Shown here: one piece after another, positions 13,921-26,516 of the stretch
How positions within the stretch are numbered: the stretch's first letter is position 1
Layout of the letters: each line of letters opens with the position of its first letter
Assembly (NCBI RefSeq): GCF_001194135.2
Contig: NC_068988.1
Span: 47,166,186-47,230,185 of the forward strand
Direction of reading: 5' to 3'
DNA: 64,000 nucleotides
DNA from: Octopus bimaculoides
Lineage: Eukaryota
The notes under the pieces: model-generated
Database searches by the model: none
What the model saw: only the letters and a program-made list of their open reading frames with translations
Told to the model about the DNA's origin: nothing
Position numbers and translations under genes: made by a program

Positions 13921-15459
13921 TTTGTGGGGACAGAGTACCAAAGAATGAACCCGTAAAAAGAGTAGAGGTAGGATTTACACCCCGACCTCTTAAAACTCTA
14001 ACCAGCAACCACTGCCAAAACGGATTCATGGGTTGGGGGTAACCGCCTGAGTGGTGCAGAGGCGTCATCTGCCAACTGTGATAGGGAATCAACAACAGAT
14101 GGTAGATGCAGTGATGCACTGTTACAGCACATACCCCCATACTAGTACTACTATGAAATTTTACTGGCCAAAAAATATTCATAACTCTTTCTCAATATGA
14201 AACTGATCACAGTGAGTTTGAATAGGTATAATATGCTAATGAAACCTAATAAAATCAAAACATGACTATAGTTAACTATTATTTACAAACGGATATCAGA
14301 TTTCTTCCTAATCAAATAAATTAATTCTGAGAAATAGATTCTGATATATTGATATTACCTATCCTGCTATTTGAAAGTTACTAACTATAAGGACTATGTT
14401 GTTTGTCTTTTTTCTAATAAAAATGCAAATTTCACTTAATTGAGAACTATGTACATATGTCGTTCAGTACATTACACCTTAATTTGGTTGACAGAAAGTC
14501 TATGGAAGCAGGCTTGAATTTACTAAAAGTTCCACTGACTTCTATTCATGGAAGTAACTGAGATAACGCTTCACATTATATTTATAGTTCCAGCATCAGA
14601 ATCTTGTGGAAATCTATCCACTGTAAGCTGGCAGAATCATGAAAGCATCAACAATATACTTTGAGGCATTTGTTTTTGATCTTTGCATTCAGAGTTCAAA
14701 TCCTACCAAGGCTGATGTTAACAAGTAGTCTCTATCCCATTAAAATTACTAGTCATGTACTTTAATTAGAAACCATTACACATTAAAATTGTTCAATCAT
14801 AAGTGGTTAAGAAACATGGAATGTAATTCACATATGAATATTTTATATCAGTTAATGTAATTAATAATATTTTCCCCTAAGCATGCAAATTAACTTTGAG
14901 AGTTATGTGCTTAATTTCTTAAAATTATCTCCCCTGTTATTTGAGACTCACTTACAATTACAGTTAGGTTTTAGTTTTGTTTCTTTAACTAAGTCGCAGC
15001 AAATCTCAGTTAATTGAGAATTTTATAATATCATTTAATGCAGACAATAAATGTTGCCATCATGGTGCAATAGCTAATTCCTTCTGGAGCTGAAGTAAGG
15101 GACCATCAGATTAACAGCATTATATGTTATATTCTGAAGATTTATCATTTGGAATGCTGAGCTGATTAAAAGAGTACCAAAAATTACATTAATGTAGAAA
15201 CATGTTATTACTATTGATTTGAAGGGATGGGTGTTTACAAAAATATTAGATTGATGGATTTCCTCAAGAATAATATTTTCAGCTGCTACAAGTATGATGT
15301 CCATTATGGTATATTTCATATTAACATTGACCAACGATCTCCAAGAAGTGATACTTTTACAAAGTATTTAACATTTTGCTCTCTACATAATTTGCAAGTT
15401 TTCATTAATCAACCAATGCATTCTTCCAATCCATGTTAAAAATCAATTCAATCAAATTA

Positions 15460-15676
15460 TGAGGGGATACTGAAAAGTTCTTGGCTTTGGCTTAAAGAGA
15501 ATAAAGGAGGATCAGCTAATTATGGTTCAATCCAACATATTCCCTGCTCAGATTCACACAGTTATTGCAGTACTTCTTCAGTTTTACTAAACTCTGTAAA
15601 AGAAATCAGAGGGTTGGGCTTCCATCCAAGCCTTTCAGAATAACTTTAAAGCTAGGGACTCTTCAGCAACCTCTCG
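15460..15676 (-). mobile_element. Mariner-derived MITE of ~217 bp
   Basis: TA on both sides (15458-59 and 15677-78); imperfect ~28-bp TIRs TGAGGGGATACTGAAAAGTTCTTGGCTT / rc CGAGAGGTTGCTGAAGAGTCCCTAGCTT; internal minus strand resembles the mariner transposase C-terminus. Confidence 0.75.
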
Positions 15677-16421
15677 TACATACCTAAAACTGATTATAAA
15701 AAATTACCCATAATCAAAGATGTGTCTTGTGGAAAAGGCCCCTGGCTGAAAGATCTAATCTGGATTACGTTGCTGTACACCAACCAACGCAAATAACCCA
15801 TAAGTAGAATCAGTCTCAGTCTGATGGTCATACTCACTAGGAAAGTTGGTGAGCTTTGGATTGAAGAGTAAGTGCTGAAGGGGCTTTTCCAGATTTCCAG
15901 GAGATGAACTGAATGCTATCAGCTAACAAACAACTTGTCTGTTTTACACTGCCTAATGCTCCACTTTGCGGTACCTATTTCTAGCTAAGCTACCTTGGCT
16001 GAAGAGAGTGAAGTATTATGGCCTCAGATGATATATAATGGAGGTGATATAAGAACCACCAATCACTTGATTAGCTTCTGCATACACTATTTACTCAACC
16101 AGTCATACTCTTACCAAATAGAAGAAATATGATGAATAGTACCAGCATATTCGTCTTTTCCTGATGTGAACAGTAGTGAGCTTCGTATGGAGTTGTCAGC
16201 TGATTCGTGCGTAAAGATTTTCTGGCAGTGAAATGGTGGCTTAGTGTTTGGGATGTCACATGGCAAGTTTTATATAAAGAAACAGAATAGTAAAACTGAT
16301 AGTTATCAAATTTATATTCCCCTTCTTTTTATCTATCTATCTATCTATCTATCAATTTATATATGTGACTCACTGCCTCTCAGTCTATTTATTATTCTGT
16401 CTGCATACCTACTTTTCTGTG

Positions 16422-16517
<96 letters not shown>

Positions 16518-16539
16518 AACGAAAGAAACAAATAGAGAA

Positions 16540-16830
16540 ACGAGACAGGGAACATGAAGAACATTCCCTTCATCAGTTGTACCCTATTTTATCTACTCCG
16601 CGTTTCGAACGGAGAGACAAGTCGCGACTTCGTTAAAACAGTCGTTCCCGCAAAGCAAATTAAAAAGAAATTGGGATATGCGGAGGATTAACGTGGTGAC
16701 AAAAACAGGACAGTGAGAACAAAGCAGTAAAAACAAACGGTAAGGACTGCTAAGCCATAACGAGGTGAAGTGGTGAACGCTGGAGAAATGAGCTTTGAGA
16801 AGAGACAAGCAAAAACACATCTTGTCTATA
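16540..16830 (-). mobile_element. Probable Penelope-like terminal-repeat relic
   Basis: Minus strand has CTGATGA followed by a hairpin AGGGAA...TTCCCT, plus an upstream CGAAACGCG; GC-richer block between microsatellites. Confidence 0.35.
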
Positions 16831-17258
16831 TATATACACACACATATATATATATATACATATATATATAGAGAGAGACACAAGCCTCATATATATATTG
16901 ACACAAGCATCATGTGCGCGTGCGCGCGTGCGTGTGTGCGTATGTGTGTGTATATATGATATCAATGCTCATGTATAAATGGATGGATTTATAGTGTTTA
17001 GGGATTCTATATGTATGAAAAGTGTTAATGTTTTGGAAATACATCAATTCTAGTGAATATAAATAAGTTTAGGAAATTGGGAAATTTAGACTGACAGAAT
17101 GGCAAAGAAGCTACACAAAATCTTGGTATACCAGAGGGAATGGAATTGGCAAGATTTTTGTAAAATCAGAGAAAAATTGGACATGTATTGCAAGTCTTGG
17201 ATTCATAAGTATTGACCAAATATGTTTGTCTATTATTTTATATACATATATGCATATG

Positions 17259-17312
<54 letters not shown>

Positions 17313-17336
17313 GATGTATATATATATGTATATATG

Positions 17337-17378
<42 letters not shown>

Positions 17379-18092
17379 NNNNNNNNNNNNNNNNNNNNNN
17401 NNNNNNNNNNNNNNNNNNNNNNNNNNNNNNNNNNNNNNNNNNNNNNNNNNNNNNNNNNNNNNNNNNNNNNNNNNNNNNNNNNNNNNNNNNNNNNNNNNNN
17501 NNNNNNNNNNNNNNNNNNNNNNNNNNNNNNNNNNNNNNNNNNNNNNNNNNNNNNNNNNNNNNNNNNNNNNNNNNNNNNNNNNNNNNNNNNNNNNNNNNNN
17601 NNNNNNNNNNNNNNNNNNNNNNNNNNNNNNNNNNNNNNNNNNNNNNNNNNNNNNNNNNNNNNNNNNNNNNNNNNNNNNNNNNNNNNNNNNNNNNNNNNNN
17701 NNNNNNNNNNNNNNNNNNNNNNNNNNNNNNNNNNNNNNNNNNNNNNNNNNNNNNNNNNNNNNNNNNATATATATATTTATGTATAACTGTGTGTGTGTGT
17801 GTGTAAGCATGCACACATACACACGAATGTCTATACCTATTTACAGGCATCCCTCCATCCAAAAGTCAAACATCCATAAATAACCTGGTCATCGACATAT
17901 ATACACATAAATGAATATGTACATACATATAAGAAGACATACTTAGTTGTATAGACTACTTACGACTTTTGTTGGCTCAAGAATTATTATAGAACAATGA
18001 GTATCCTTCTTTCTCCCAAACATACCAATATACATACATACACAAGCACACACACACATATATACGTATATACATACATACATACGTACATT

Positions 18093-18170
<78 letters not shown>

Positions 18171-18173
18171 CAC

Positions 18174-18322
18174 GGTGCAGGAGTGGCTGTGTGGTAGGGA
18201 AGCATACTTCCCAATCGCAAGGTTCCAGGTTCAGTCCTACTGTATGGCACCTTGGCTAAGTGCCTTTTACTATAGCCTTGTGCCGAACAAAGTCTTGTGA
18301 GTGGATTCGGTGGACAGAAACT
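18174..18322 (+). mobile_element. tRNA-derived SINE with a CORE-like central block; a second partial copy lies at 18842-18908
   Basis: A-box-like TGGCTGTGTGG, B-box-like GGTTCAGTCC, and GGCACCTTGGCTAAGTGCCTT resembling the MIR/CORE GTGACCTTGGGCAAGT motif. Confidence 0.7.
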
Positions 18323-18913
18323 CATATNNNNNNNNNNNNNNNNNNNNNNNNNNNNNNNNNNNNNNNNNNNNNNNNNNNNNNNNNNNNNNNNNNNNNNNNN
18401 NNNNNNNNNNNNNNNNNNNNNNNNNNNNNNNNNNNNNNNNNNNNNNNNNNNNNNNNNNNNNNNNNNNNNNNNNNNNNNNNNNNNNNNNNNNNNNNNNNNN
18501 NNNNNNNNNNNNNNNNNNNNNNNNNNNNNNNNNNNNNNNNNNNNNNNNNNNNNNNNNNNNNNNNNNNNNNNNNNNNNNNNNNNNNNNNNNNNNNNNNNNN
18601 NNNNNNNNNNNNNNNNNNNNNNNNNNNNNNNNNNNNNNNNNNNNNNNNNNNNNNNNNNNNNNNNNNNNNNNNNNNNNNNNNNNNNNNNNNNNNNNNNNNN
18701 NNNNNNNNNNNNNNNNNNNNNNNNNNNNNNNNNNNNNNNNNNNNNNNNNNNNNNNNNNNNNNNNNNNNNNNNNNNNNNNNNNNNNNNNNNNNNNNNNNNN
18801 NNNNNNNNNNNNNNNNNNNNNNNNNNNNNNNNNNNNNNNNNCTACAGACTCGGGTCGACCAAACAGTTGTGAATGGATTTGGTAGACAGAAACTGAAAGA
18901 AGCCTGTCATATA

Positions 18914-18986
<73 letters not shown>

Positions 18987-19185
18987 AAGTCCTGGGGTCG
19001 AGTTGCTCCACTAAAGTCAGTGCTCCAGCATGGCCGCAGCCAAATGCCTGAAGCAAATATACGAATAAAAGAATACACACAAACAAAAATGTGTATACAT
19101 AAGTATGTGTATACATGTACAGACAAAGGTCTATACAATACACAAAGTGAGATAATGAGGGAAATAGGGATGATGAGAGCGAAAA

Positions 19186-19240
<55 letters not shown>

Positions 19241-19331
19241 GTGTGTGTATGTGGTTGGGTAGGGGTCTAATCTATGCATTAAAGCAATATATTAAAGTAT
19301 ACCGTTTAGTAATAGTACATGTATGTCCATT

Positions 19332-19372
<41 letters not shown>

Positions 19373-19672
19373 GTGTGAGAGAGACTTCAAAAACATTCCA
19401 ATTTTTTGTATAAATATTCTTGGATGTCAATACACATCTATGTGAATATGTGTTCTTAGTATTGTAGTGTAAGCGCGTATATTTGGACATTTACAAAAAG
19501 AAGCTACAATCATCTATTTATGTGTGTGTGCGCGTGAGTGTGTATATACGCGTGTATACATATATATGTGTGTGTATGTGTGTGTATTTATGTATGTGCA
19601 CACATATATGTAACATGCATAGACATACATACATATATATATATATACCTATACATATATATGTATATATAT

Positions 19673-19712
<40 letters not shown>

Positions 19713-20591
19713 NNNNNNNNNNNNNNNNNNNNNNNNNNNNNNNNNNNNNNNNNNNNNNNNNNNNNNNNNNNNNNNNNNNNNNNNNNNNNNNNNNNNNNNN
19801 NNNNNNNNNNNNNNNNNNNNNNNNNNNNNNNNNNNNNNNNNNNNNNNNNNNNNNNNNNNNNNNNNNNNNNNNNNNNNNNNNNNNNNNNNNNNNNNNNNNN
19901 NNNNNNNNNNNNNNNNNNNNNNNNNNNNNNNNNNNNNNNNNNNNNNNNNNNNNNNNNNNNNNNNNNNNNNNNNNNNNNNNNNNNNNNNNNNNNNNNNNNN
20001 NNNNNNNNNNNNNNNNNNNNNNNNNNNNNNNNNNNNNNNNNNNNNNNNNNNNNNNNNNNNNNNNNNNNNNNNNNNNNNNNNNNNNNNNNNNNNNNNNNNN
20101 NNNNNNNNNNNNNNNNNNNNNNNNNNNNNNNNNNNNNNNNNNNNNNNNNNNNNNNNNNNNNNNNNNNNNNNNNNNNNNNNNNNNNNNNNNNNNNNNNNNN
20201 NNNNNNNNNNNNNNNNNNNNNNNNNNNNNNNNNNNNNNNNNNNNNNNNNNNNNNNNNNNNNNNNNNNNNNNNNNNNNNNNNNNNNNNNNNNNNNNNNNNN
20301 NNNNNNNNNNNNNNNNNNNNNNNNNNNNNNNNNNNNNNNNNNNNNNNNNNNNNNNNNNNNNNNNNNNNNNNNNNNNNNNNNNNNNNNNNNNNNNNNNNNN
20401 NNNNNNNNNNNNNNNNNNNNNNNNNNNNNNNNNNNNNNNNNNNNNNNNNNNNNNNNNNNNNNNNNNNNNNNNNNNNNNNNNNNNNNNNNNNNNNNNNNNN
20501 NNNNNNNNNNNNNNNNNNNNNNNNNNNNNNNNNNNNNNNNNNNNNNNNNNNNNNNNNNNNNNNNNNNNNNNNNNNNNNNNNNNNNNNNNNN

Positions 20592-20623
<32 letters not shown>

Positions 20624-21204
20624 TTTTTATGTATAAGTGAAGATATTCATATATGTCTGGTGGGTTTAATTCTTTATCTGTGTCTGTTTTGATATGTCTC
20701 TGTATTTCTATAGCTGCATTAGTATGTGTCTATCGGTGTTACTGATGATGGTGATAGTGGTAAAAACTCCATAGCCGAGGTACCAGTTATTGTTGCAAGG
20801 TGATTATTATTGTTGTGATGCGATGTGCTGTATGTATATGGTCCGTGTTATGGCAGCAGGGTGGAGATGTCAGAATTGTAGGAAACTTAGAGTTTATTTT
20901 TGTTAGATTGGCAGTTCTTTCTGAGAAATCTTTTGGGTATATATTACATCAGAATACCACAATTTTGGCTTTATATAGTTTTTGCTTCTAAATGTATTTT
21001 TTGTTTCCAATGTATGTATGTGTATACATCACATATGTATAAGCTTACGCACATCCACACCCATCACATATGCGCACGCACACATATATATGTGGACATA
21101 TAGATATATATGTTTGCGTATGTATGAATGTGTGTATTTATACACATAGACAAATATGTATGCTACTGTCTCTTTAAACAATTTACTGCAGTCCAAATGT
21201 AGTA

Positions 21205-21275
<71 letters not shown>

Positions 21276-21832
21276 TTTTTGCTGTTACTTATTTCAGGTG
21301 TCAGCAGTATTTTTGTGCACTTATGATCAGTATTTTCTATCTACGGCCAGGCATTTTTTGGAGGAGAGGATGAAAGGGTAGGTCATGAGTACGTATCTGG
21401 TTTTATAGTTTACTCATTTAAGGTAGCAGATGGTGAATGTGGGAAATGTCATGATGTTTGTTTTAGCAGGCCATGTAACAAGACAGACACACCGTCATTG
21501 ATTACTACAGTACATACACCCACCTACATACATACTTGTAAATTTAGGCATGATAGTCTTAACTTAGTTACATTGCAGAAAATATATTGGTATCGTATAT
21601 TAAGATACAGTCACCAGATGTTTTGATCTCTGGGAAGAAGTTACTTCGGTAGCTTGTTTTGTTATGTCCACCAAGATAAAAAGCTCAGATGACTTAGATG
21701 GGATTGAAACTCAGAACATAGCAGCATGCAACTAAATAGTACAAAGCGTATTATCTAGAATTAAACTGTTTCTGTCACTCCTTTGGTATCATTGAAGAAG
21801 AATTTCTTTTCTGAGACAGTTACCACAACTCA

Positions 21833-22384
21833 TTGGAGGCGCAATGGCCCAGTGGTTAGGGCAGCGGACTCGCGGTCATAGGATCGTGGTTTCGATACCC
21901 AGACCGGGCGTTGTGAGTGTTTATTGAGCGAAAACACCTAAAGCTCCACGAGGTTCCGGCAGGGGATGGTGGTGAACCTTGCTGTACTCTTCCACCACAA
22001 CTTTCTCTCACTCTTACTTCCTGTTTCTGTTGTGCCTGTAATTCAAAGGGTCAGCCTTGTCAAACTGTGTCATGCTGAGTATCCCCGAGAACTNNNNNNN
22101 NNNCTAAAGCTCCACGAGGTTCCGGCAGGGGATGGTGGTGAACCTTGCTGTACTCTTCCACCACAACTTTCTCTCACTCTTACTTCCTGTTTCTGTTGTG
22201 CCTGTAATTCAAAGGGTCAGCCTTGTCAAACTGTGTCATGCTGAGTATCCCCGAGAACTACGTTAAGGGTACACGTGTCTGTGGAGTGCTCAGCTACTTG
22301 CACGTTAATTTCACGAGCAGGCTGTTCCGTTGAACGGATCAACTGGAACCCTCGTCGTCGTAAGCGAAGGAGTGCCAACAACAA
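21833..22384 (+). mobile_element. SINE, head A + tail X, with 11-bp TSD
   Basis: tRNA-like head TGGCCCAGTGG...GGTTTCGATACC; ends GGAGTGCCAACAACAA; TSD ACCACAACTCA at 21822-21832 and 22385-22395; contains a gap-related 156-bp duplication. Confidence 0.9.
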
Positions 22385-23014
22385 ACCACAACTCAGCCCT
22401 TTCTATTTGAGTCTACAAGGATATGTCAAATATTATCGTACACAACTTTTATTTAATCATCAATACTTTATGTGATTTTAATTAATTAATTCTAGCTTGC
22501 TTAAAGCTTTGCACATGCTAGCAAGTTTATTATTTGTTGCCTGTATATAAGAACTCAATATTTTTGTAGGATAAACAAGACTGACATGGTGAATGTTGTT
22601 AATGATGAATAATGCCACAGAAACATATGTCCTCAAGTCTGACAACATTTTACATAATCCTCAGCTCAAATACATCGACCTCTGTACTTGCGTAGTTCTT
22701 ATTTTATCTTTGGTGGCATTTGAACACAGAATGTAAAGAGACGGAAGAGAGTATTAATCAAATAAATTGACTTCAATTCAATGGTTGTATCTTATTTCTG
22801 GATACGACATGAGATTTTATCTGGAACCCAGATGAAACCCAGATTCTGCTACTTACTAAAAATAGTAATAATGATAAATGAAATTATTATTTAACTTGAC
22901 ACAGGATTGGTGTTATTCATGGTAAAATTTATGTGGGTAGCAGATTACTACCTGTACCCTTACATTTTCACATGATTTCAATAAGCCAGCAAGTGCTCAA
23001 AAGTCTTCTGATGA

Positions 23015-23069
23015 GTAGATCATGATTTCGTAATTATTGCAGTAATATGCACCTTTTACTTATCAGTAC
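23015..23069 (-). ncRNA. Type I minimal hammerhead ribozyme motif with G8 mutated
   Basis: GTA-CTGATAA-GTA[..TGCA..TGCA..]TAC-GAA-ATCATGAT-C-TAC: 3-bp stem I, stem II, palindromic stem III and AUC triplet. Confidence 0.6.
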
Positions 23070-23344
23070 AGTATGGTCAAGACACATAAAAATAAACAAT
23101 AAGATCAACATACCAGACGAACACTCCATGTATTCAGCATAAGACACATAAAAATAAACAAAAAAATCAATATACCAGACGAACACTCCATGTATTCAGC
23201 ATAGTACGTAGAAAATGTACTATGCTGAATACATGGAGTGTTTGTCTGGTATGTTGATTTTTTTATTTATTGTTATGTGTATTGACCATACGTGTACTGA
23301 TGAGTACAGGTTGCATATTAATGCAATAATTACAAAATCATGAT
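23019..23344. repeat. Foldback with ~125-bp arms, a 9-nt loop, and a 62-bp tandem duplication in the left arm
   Basis: The arms pair up to AGTAC-gtagaaaat-GTACT (23203-23221); tandem units at 23079-23140 and 23141-23202. Confidence 0.9.
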
Positions 23345-23348
23345 TCAC
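23292..23348 (+). ncRNA. Type I minimal hammerhead ribozyme motif with G12 mutated
   Basis: CTGATGA (23297-23303)-GTA cagg TTGCAT atta ATGCAA taat TAC-AAA-ATCATGAT-T; the GAAA to AAAA change sits at a CpG. Confidence 0.55.
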
Positions 23349-23614
23349 CATTCAGTCTGCTTTTAAGGGTTAACATTGAGAGTTGCATCCCTTCGCGTTC
23401 GGTAAAAATGTGTTTATTATGGTAGCTTGTCTTTAGAGTCCCTCTTAGCGTGAGGCATTTATGTATAGTAATGCCCTTACATAAATAAATATACTTATAG
23501 GGAATAAATGATGGATTTTTCCCTTATGAGTTTTTTTCACGCTAACTACTTGATAAATTCTTATAAAGATTTTATTCTATTCTTGAATTTTATATTTAAA
23601 TATGGGATAATGTA

Positions 23615-23800
23615 CGAAAAAAAGAACAACAGACGAGGACAGGTGGTGTAAACAACAAAAGGATGTATTAGTTTGACGCTTGGGAATACAGAAAGTCTTT
23701 AACGTTTCGAGCTACGCTCTTCAACAGAAAGAATACGGAGAAAACAAGGAGAAAACACGGAGAACAAAAAATGAATGGTGTTTGGTCAACGATCTATCAT
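23615..23800 (-). mobile_element. Short Penelope-like relic adjacent to (TA)n
   Basis: Same family as 7940-8075; contains the hammerhead motif at 23696-23732. Confidence 0.55.
23696..23732 (-). ncRNA. Minimal hammerhead motif with A6 mutated
   Basis: TCTTT-CTGTTGA-A-GAGC gta GCTC-GAA-ACGT-T-AAAGA: perfect 5-bp stem I, 4-bp stem II and palindromic ACGT stem III. Confidence 0.6.
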
Positions 23801-23844
23801 GGCTTATATATATATATATATATATGCATGTATGTATATATATG

Positions 23845-23907
23845 ACATTTTGAATTTAGTTCACAGACCCCCCCCCCCCTACTACCTTTGCAGGTTGGGA
23901 ATCACTG
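23845..23907 (-). mobile_element. Solo hAT (Charlie-like) transposon end that truncates the LINE
   Basis: Minus strand reads CTGTAGAC|CAGTGATTCCCAACCT, a Charlie-type TIR preceded by an NTNTANAN 8-mer; the partner end was not found. Confidence 0.4.
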
Positions 23908-24247
23908 GTCTACAGATTTAATATTCTAAAACCTTGCAATCTCAGATTTTAAGGTATAGTATTTTTAAACTTTTCGTCTTTCTTCACAATTCTGAAATTA
24001 AATGCAAATGATGGATCAATCAGTAAGCACATATGCTTTTCTTTGTCTATTATTGTAATATACAGTTTGTTATATTCCATCTTCTTATTTGTTTGCACTG
24101 GAAAATCCCATAGAATCTTGCATTTTCCTGACTCAAGCACTCTTTTGTACTTCAAGGGTAAAGTTTTTATACCGAGGACAAAGCTTCCAGTAAAAAACAT
24201 TCACAACGTGGTCATGCCTCCATTCCTTACATTCTCCCTGGGCCAAC

Positions 24248-24315
<68 letters not shown>

Positions 24316-26085
24316 GTCCTTTCTACTATAGGCACAGGTAAAGACGATCTATGCTTGCCTTTGGGTGGTGCATCTTATTGGAAGTCAGCAGCTTACGGAT
24401 TTTCCTGTCAATCATCCTTATTTCGTCCACATTCCAGTTGAACACATTGAAACTGTAAATATCAATCCGAAACTGCTAAGGAATTTATAGCTAACGCCTT
24501 GTTATGTATATTTAACTTGAATTTTAGGATTGCTTGAACTCTCTCGTAACACTCCTTCCTGATCTTCTGTTTCATACTTGCATGCTGAATGCCAGAGCAC
24601 TCATTTATTCCGAGGTATTTGTGAGTTAGTTCCTGCTCGAGTTCTTTTATGACTGTGACAACATCCAACTCCACTGAATGTGAAGTCTTCAATTTTTCTT
24701 TCTGGAAAGTGGCTTTGGCACATTTATCAAGACCAAATTCCACCCCAGTTTCATCACTGAATGCTTTCACAGTACGTAGTAGTCCTTCAAGCTCATTATC
24801 GTCTTTGACACAGATTTTTAAGTCATCCATATAAAAGAGATGACATTTTTCTTGTCGCTAATTTTTTAATCCCTACCTTGTTCTGTTAAATTCACTTGTA
24901 AGGGGTATTAGAGCTATGCAGAAAATTAAAGGTGATCGCAAGTCACCTTGGAAAAGGCCGAAGTTGTTATTAATATTTTTTGAGTCCGTACTCCATTAGA
25001 GCTGAAGATTCGTATTCCACATTGACATGTGCTTCAGAAAGTTTGAAATCACAGGAGAAATTTTGAAGATATCCAAAGATTTAAAGATCCATGAATGCGG
25101 TATACTGTCGAAGACCTTTTTATAATCAATCCATGCAGAACTGAGATTTATGCGTTTGTTATGACAGCTCTCAAGGATCATGCGATTGATTAAGAGTTGG
25201 ATTTTGCATCCATATGATTCTCGTCGGCAACCCTTTTGTTCAGTGGGGAAAATATCGTTCTATTCCATAAACTTATGTTTTCTCCACAAGGATGACGTTA
25301 AAATGTTCTACGAGGTAGAGAGACATGTTATGGTCCGATACTTTTGGTGAGATTTGGTTTCTTTATTTTTCGGGTGTAGGTGAATGATACCTCTTGCTAA
25401 CGAATCAGGTGTTTTCGGAGGATCACTCATAATTTCATTGAATAACTGGACTAAATTTTCGTGTGCTCACGGCAGTAAGGCAAGCCAGAAATTCGGCACC
25501 CTATCATTACCAGGGGATATCCACTTATGAGCTTTCGTGAGTGTCATTCTTAGGTCCATTATCGTGATGTATTCCCATGCTTGTTCTGGTAAGTTGTGCT
25601 GGGATCCTTTTGTGTGTCTAATCCAGTCTTTTCATCACTCCAGATATTTTTCCTGAAGTTTCAGCTTCTTCTATGGCAGGTGTGTGTGTGTGGGTCTTCA
25701 AAGGTTATTTTCTCCTTCCCTATTTCTCTGTAGAATGTTTTTTGCATTGGATGTGAACAGCTTATTTTGCTTGTAAAATTTATTTCTCTTCGCAAATCTT
25801 CGAATTATTTGTGCTTTTGCTTGGATTTTTTGTTTTAGTGTTTCTTTTGCTGAAAGCAGTTCTTCTCTTGGTGAAAATCTATGTTTTCACTTCATCTTTC
25901 TCCCTTTTCCAGTTTTTACATAGTTTCCACAGATTAATTCATTCAATATTGATATTTCACCTCTCATTATTTCAATCGCTTTTTTTCAATTTTCCTTTTC
26001 TAGTTTGGAATTTTTCTAAGGTTTGTATTCCTTTGTTTTTTCAGACTGGTTTCAATTGTCTTAGCAGCTGCGTAAATAAATTCAT
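23908..26085 (-). mobile_element. Decayed R4/Dong-type LINE (RT + zinc-knuckle region + REL endonuclease), 5'-truncated and internally deleted
   Basis: IYAAAKTIE; AWIDYKKVFDSIPHSW; QGDLRSPLIFCIAL; YMDDLK; EFGLDKCA; KYLG; HHPKASIDRLYL; WRHDHV; KILWDFPVQT..LLIDPS; many stops and frameshifts. Confidence 0.9.
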
Positions 26086-26109
26086 TTTATTATTGTTGTT
26101 GTTGTTGTT

Positions 26110-26160
<51 letters not shown>

Positions 26161-26452
26161 GCCTTTGCACAGCTTCTAACGCTGGAGATGTACTACAGTG
26201 TCAGCCTTTCACTGCCAGTGAACTAAGATAACGCCTCTTATTTTTCGAGCACCATCCGGAGTTTTCAAGCGGTTCCAAGCAGTGCTGTTTTCTGCAAGTG
26301 TTCTAACCTTATTGTAATCCCTATATGTTCCACCTACTTCTCGAGATTTTTTCTCACTGTTCTCAGGGCTCCGGCATTTATTGATACTACTGTTAACTTT
26401 TTCATCGACAACTGCTGAACTTATCAAGCTAACCTGTCATATCTCTTAAACT
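26086..26452 (-). mobile_element. Short 5'-truncated 3' end of a second R4/Dong-type LINE, with 3' UTR and (CAA)n tail
   Basis: Translation GALRTVRKNLEK*VEHIGITIRLEHLQKTALLGTA*KLRMVLEK*, then ~65 nt of UTR and a (CAA)n tail at 26086-26160. Confidence 0.75.

Positions 26453-26516
<64 letters not shown>

Noticed and set aside
21420-21625. Open frame with GECGKCHDVC resembling a furin-like repeat
   Set aside because: Cysteine spacing is incomplete and the frame runs into simple repeats.
21835-21910. tRNA-like sequences at SINE heads
   Set aside because: A and B boxes are present, but there is no closed acceptor stem and each continues into a SINE body, so these are not tRNA genes.
21938-22259. 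156-bp tandem duplication inside a SINE, with similar cases around 6986-6995 and 40576-40585
   Set aside because: The copies appear identical and flank a 10-N spacer, the signature of unmerged overlapping contig ends.
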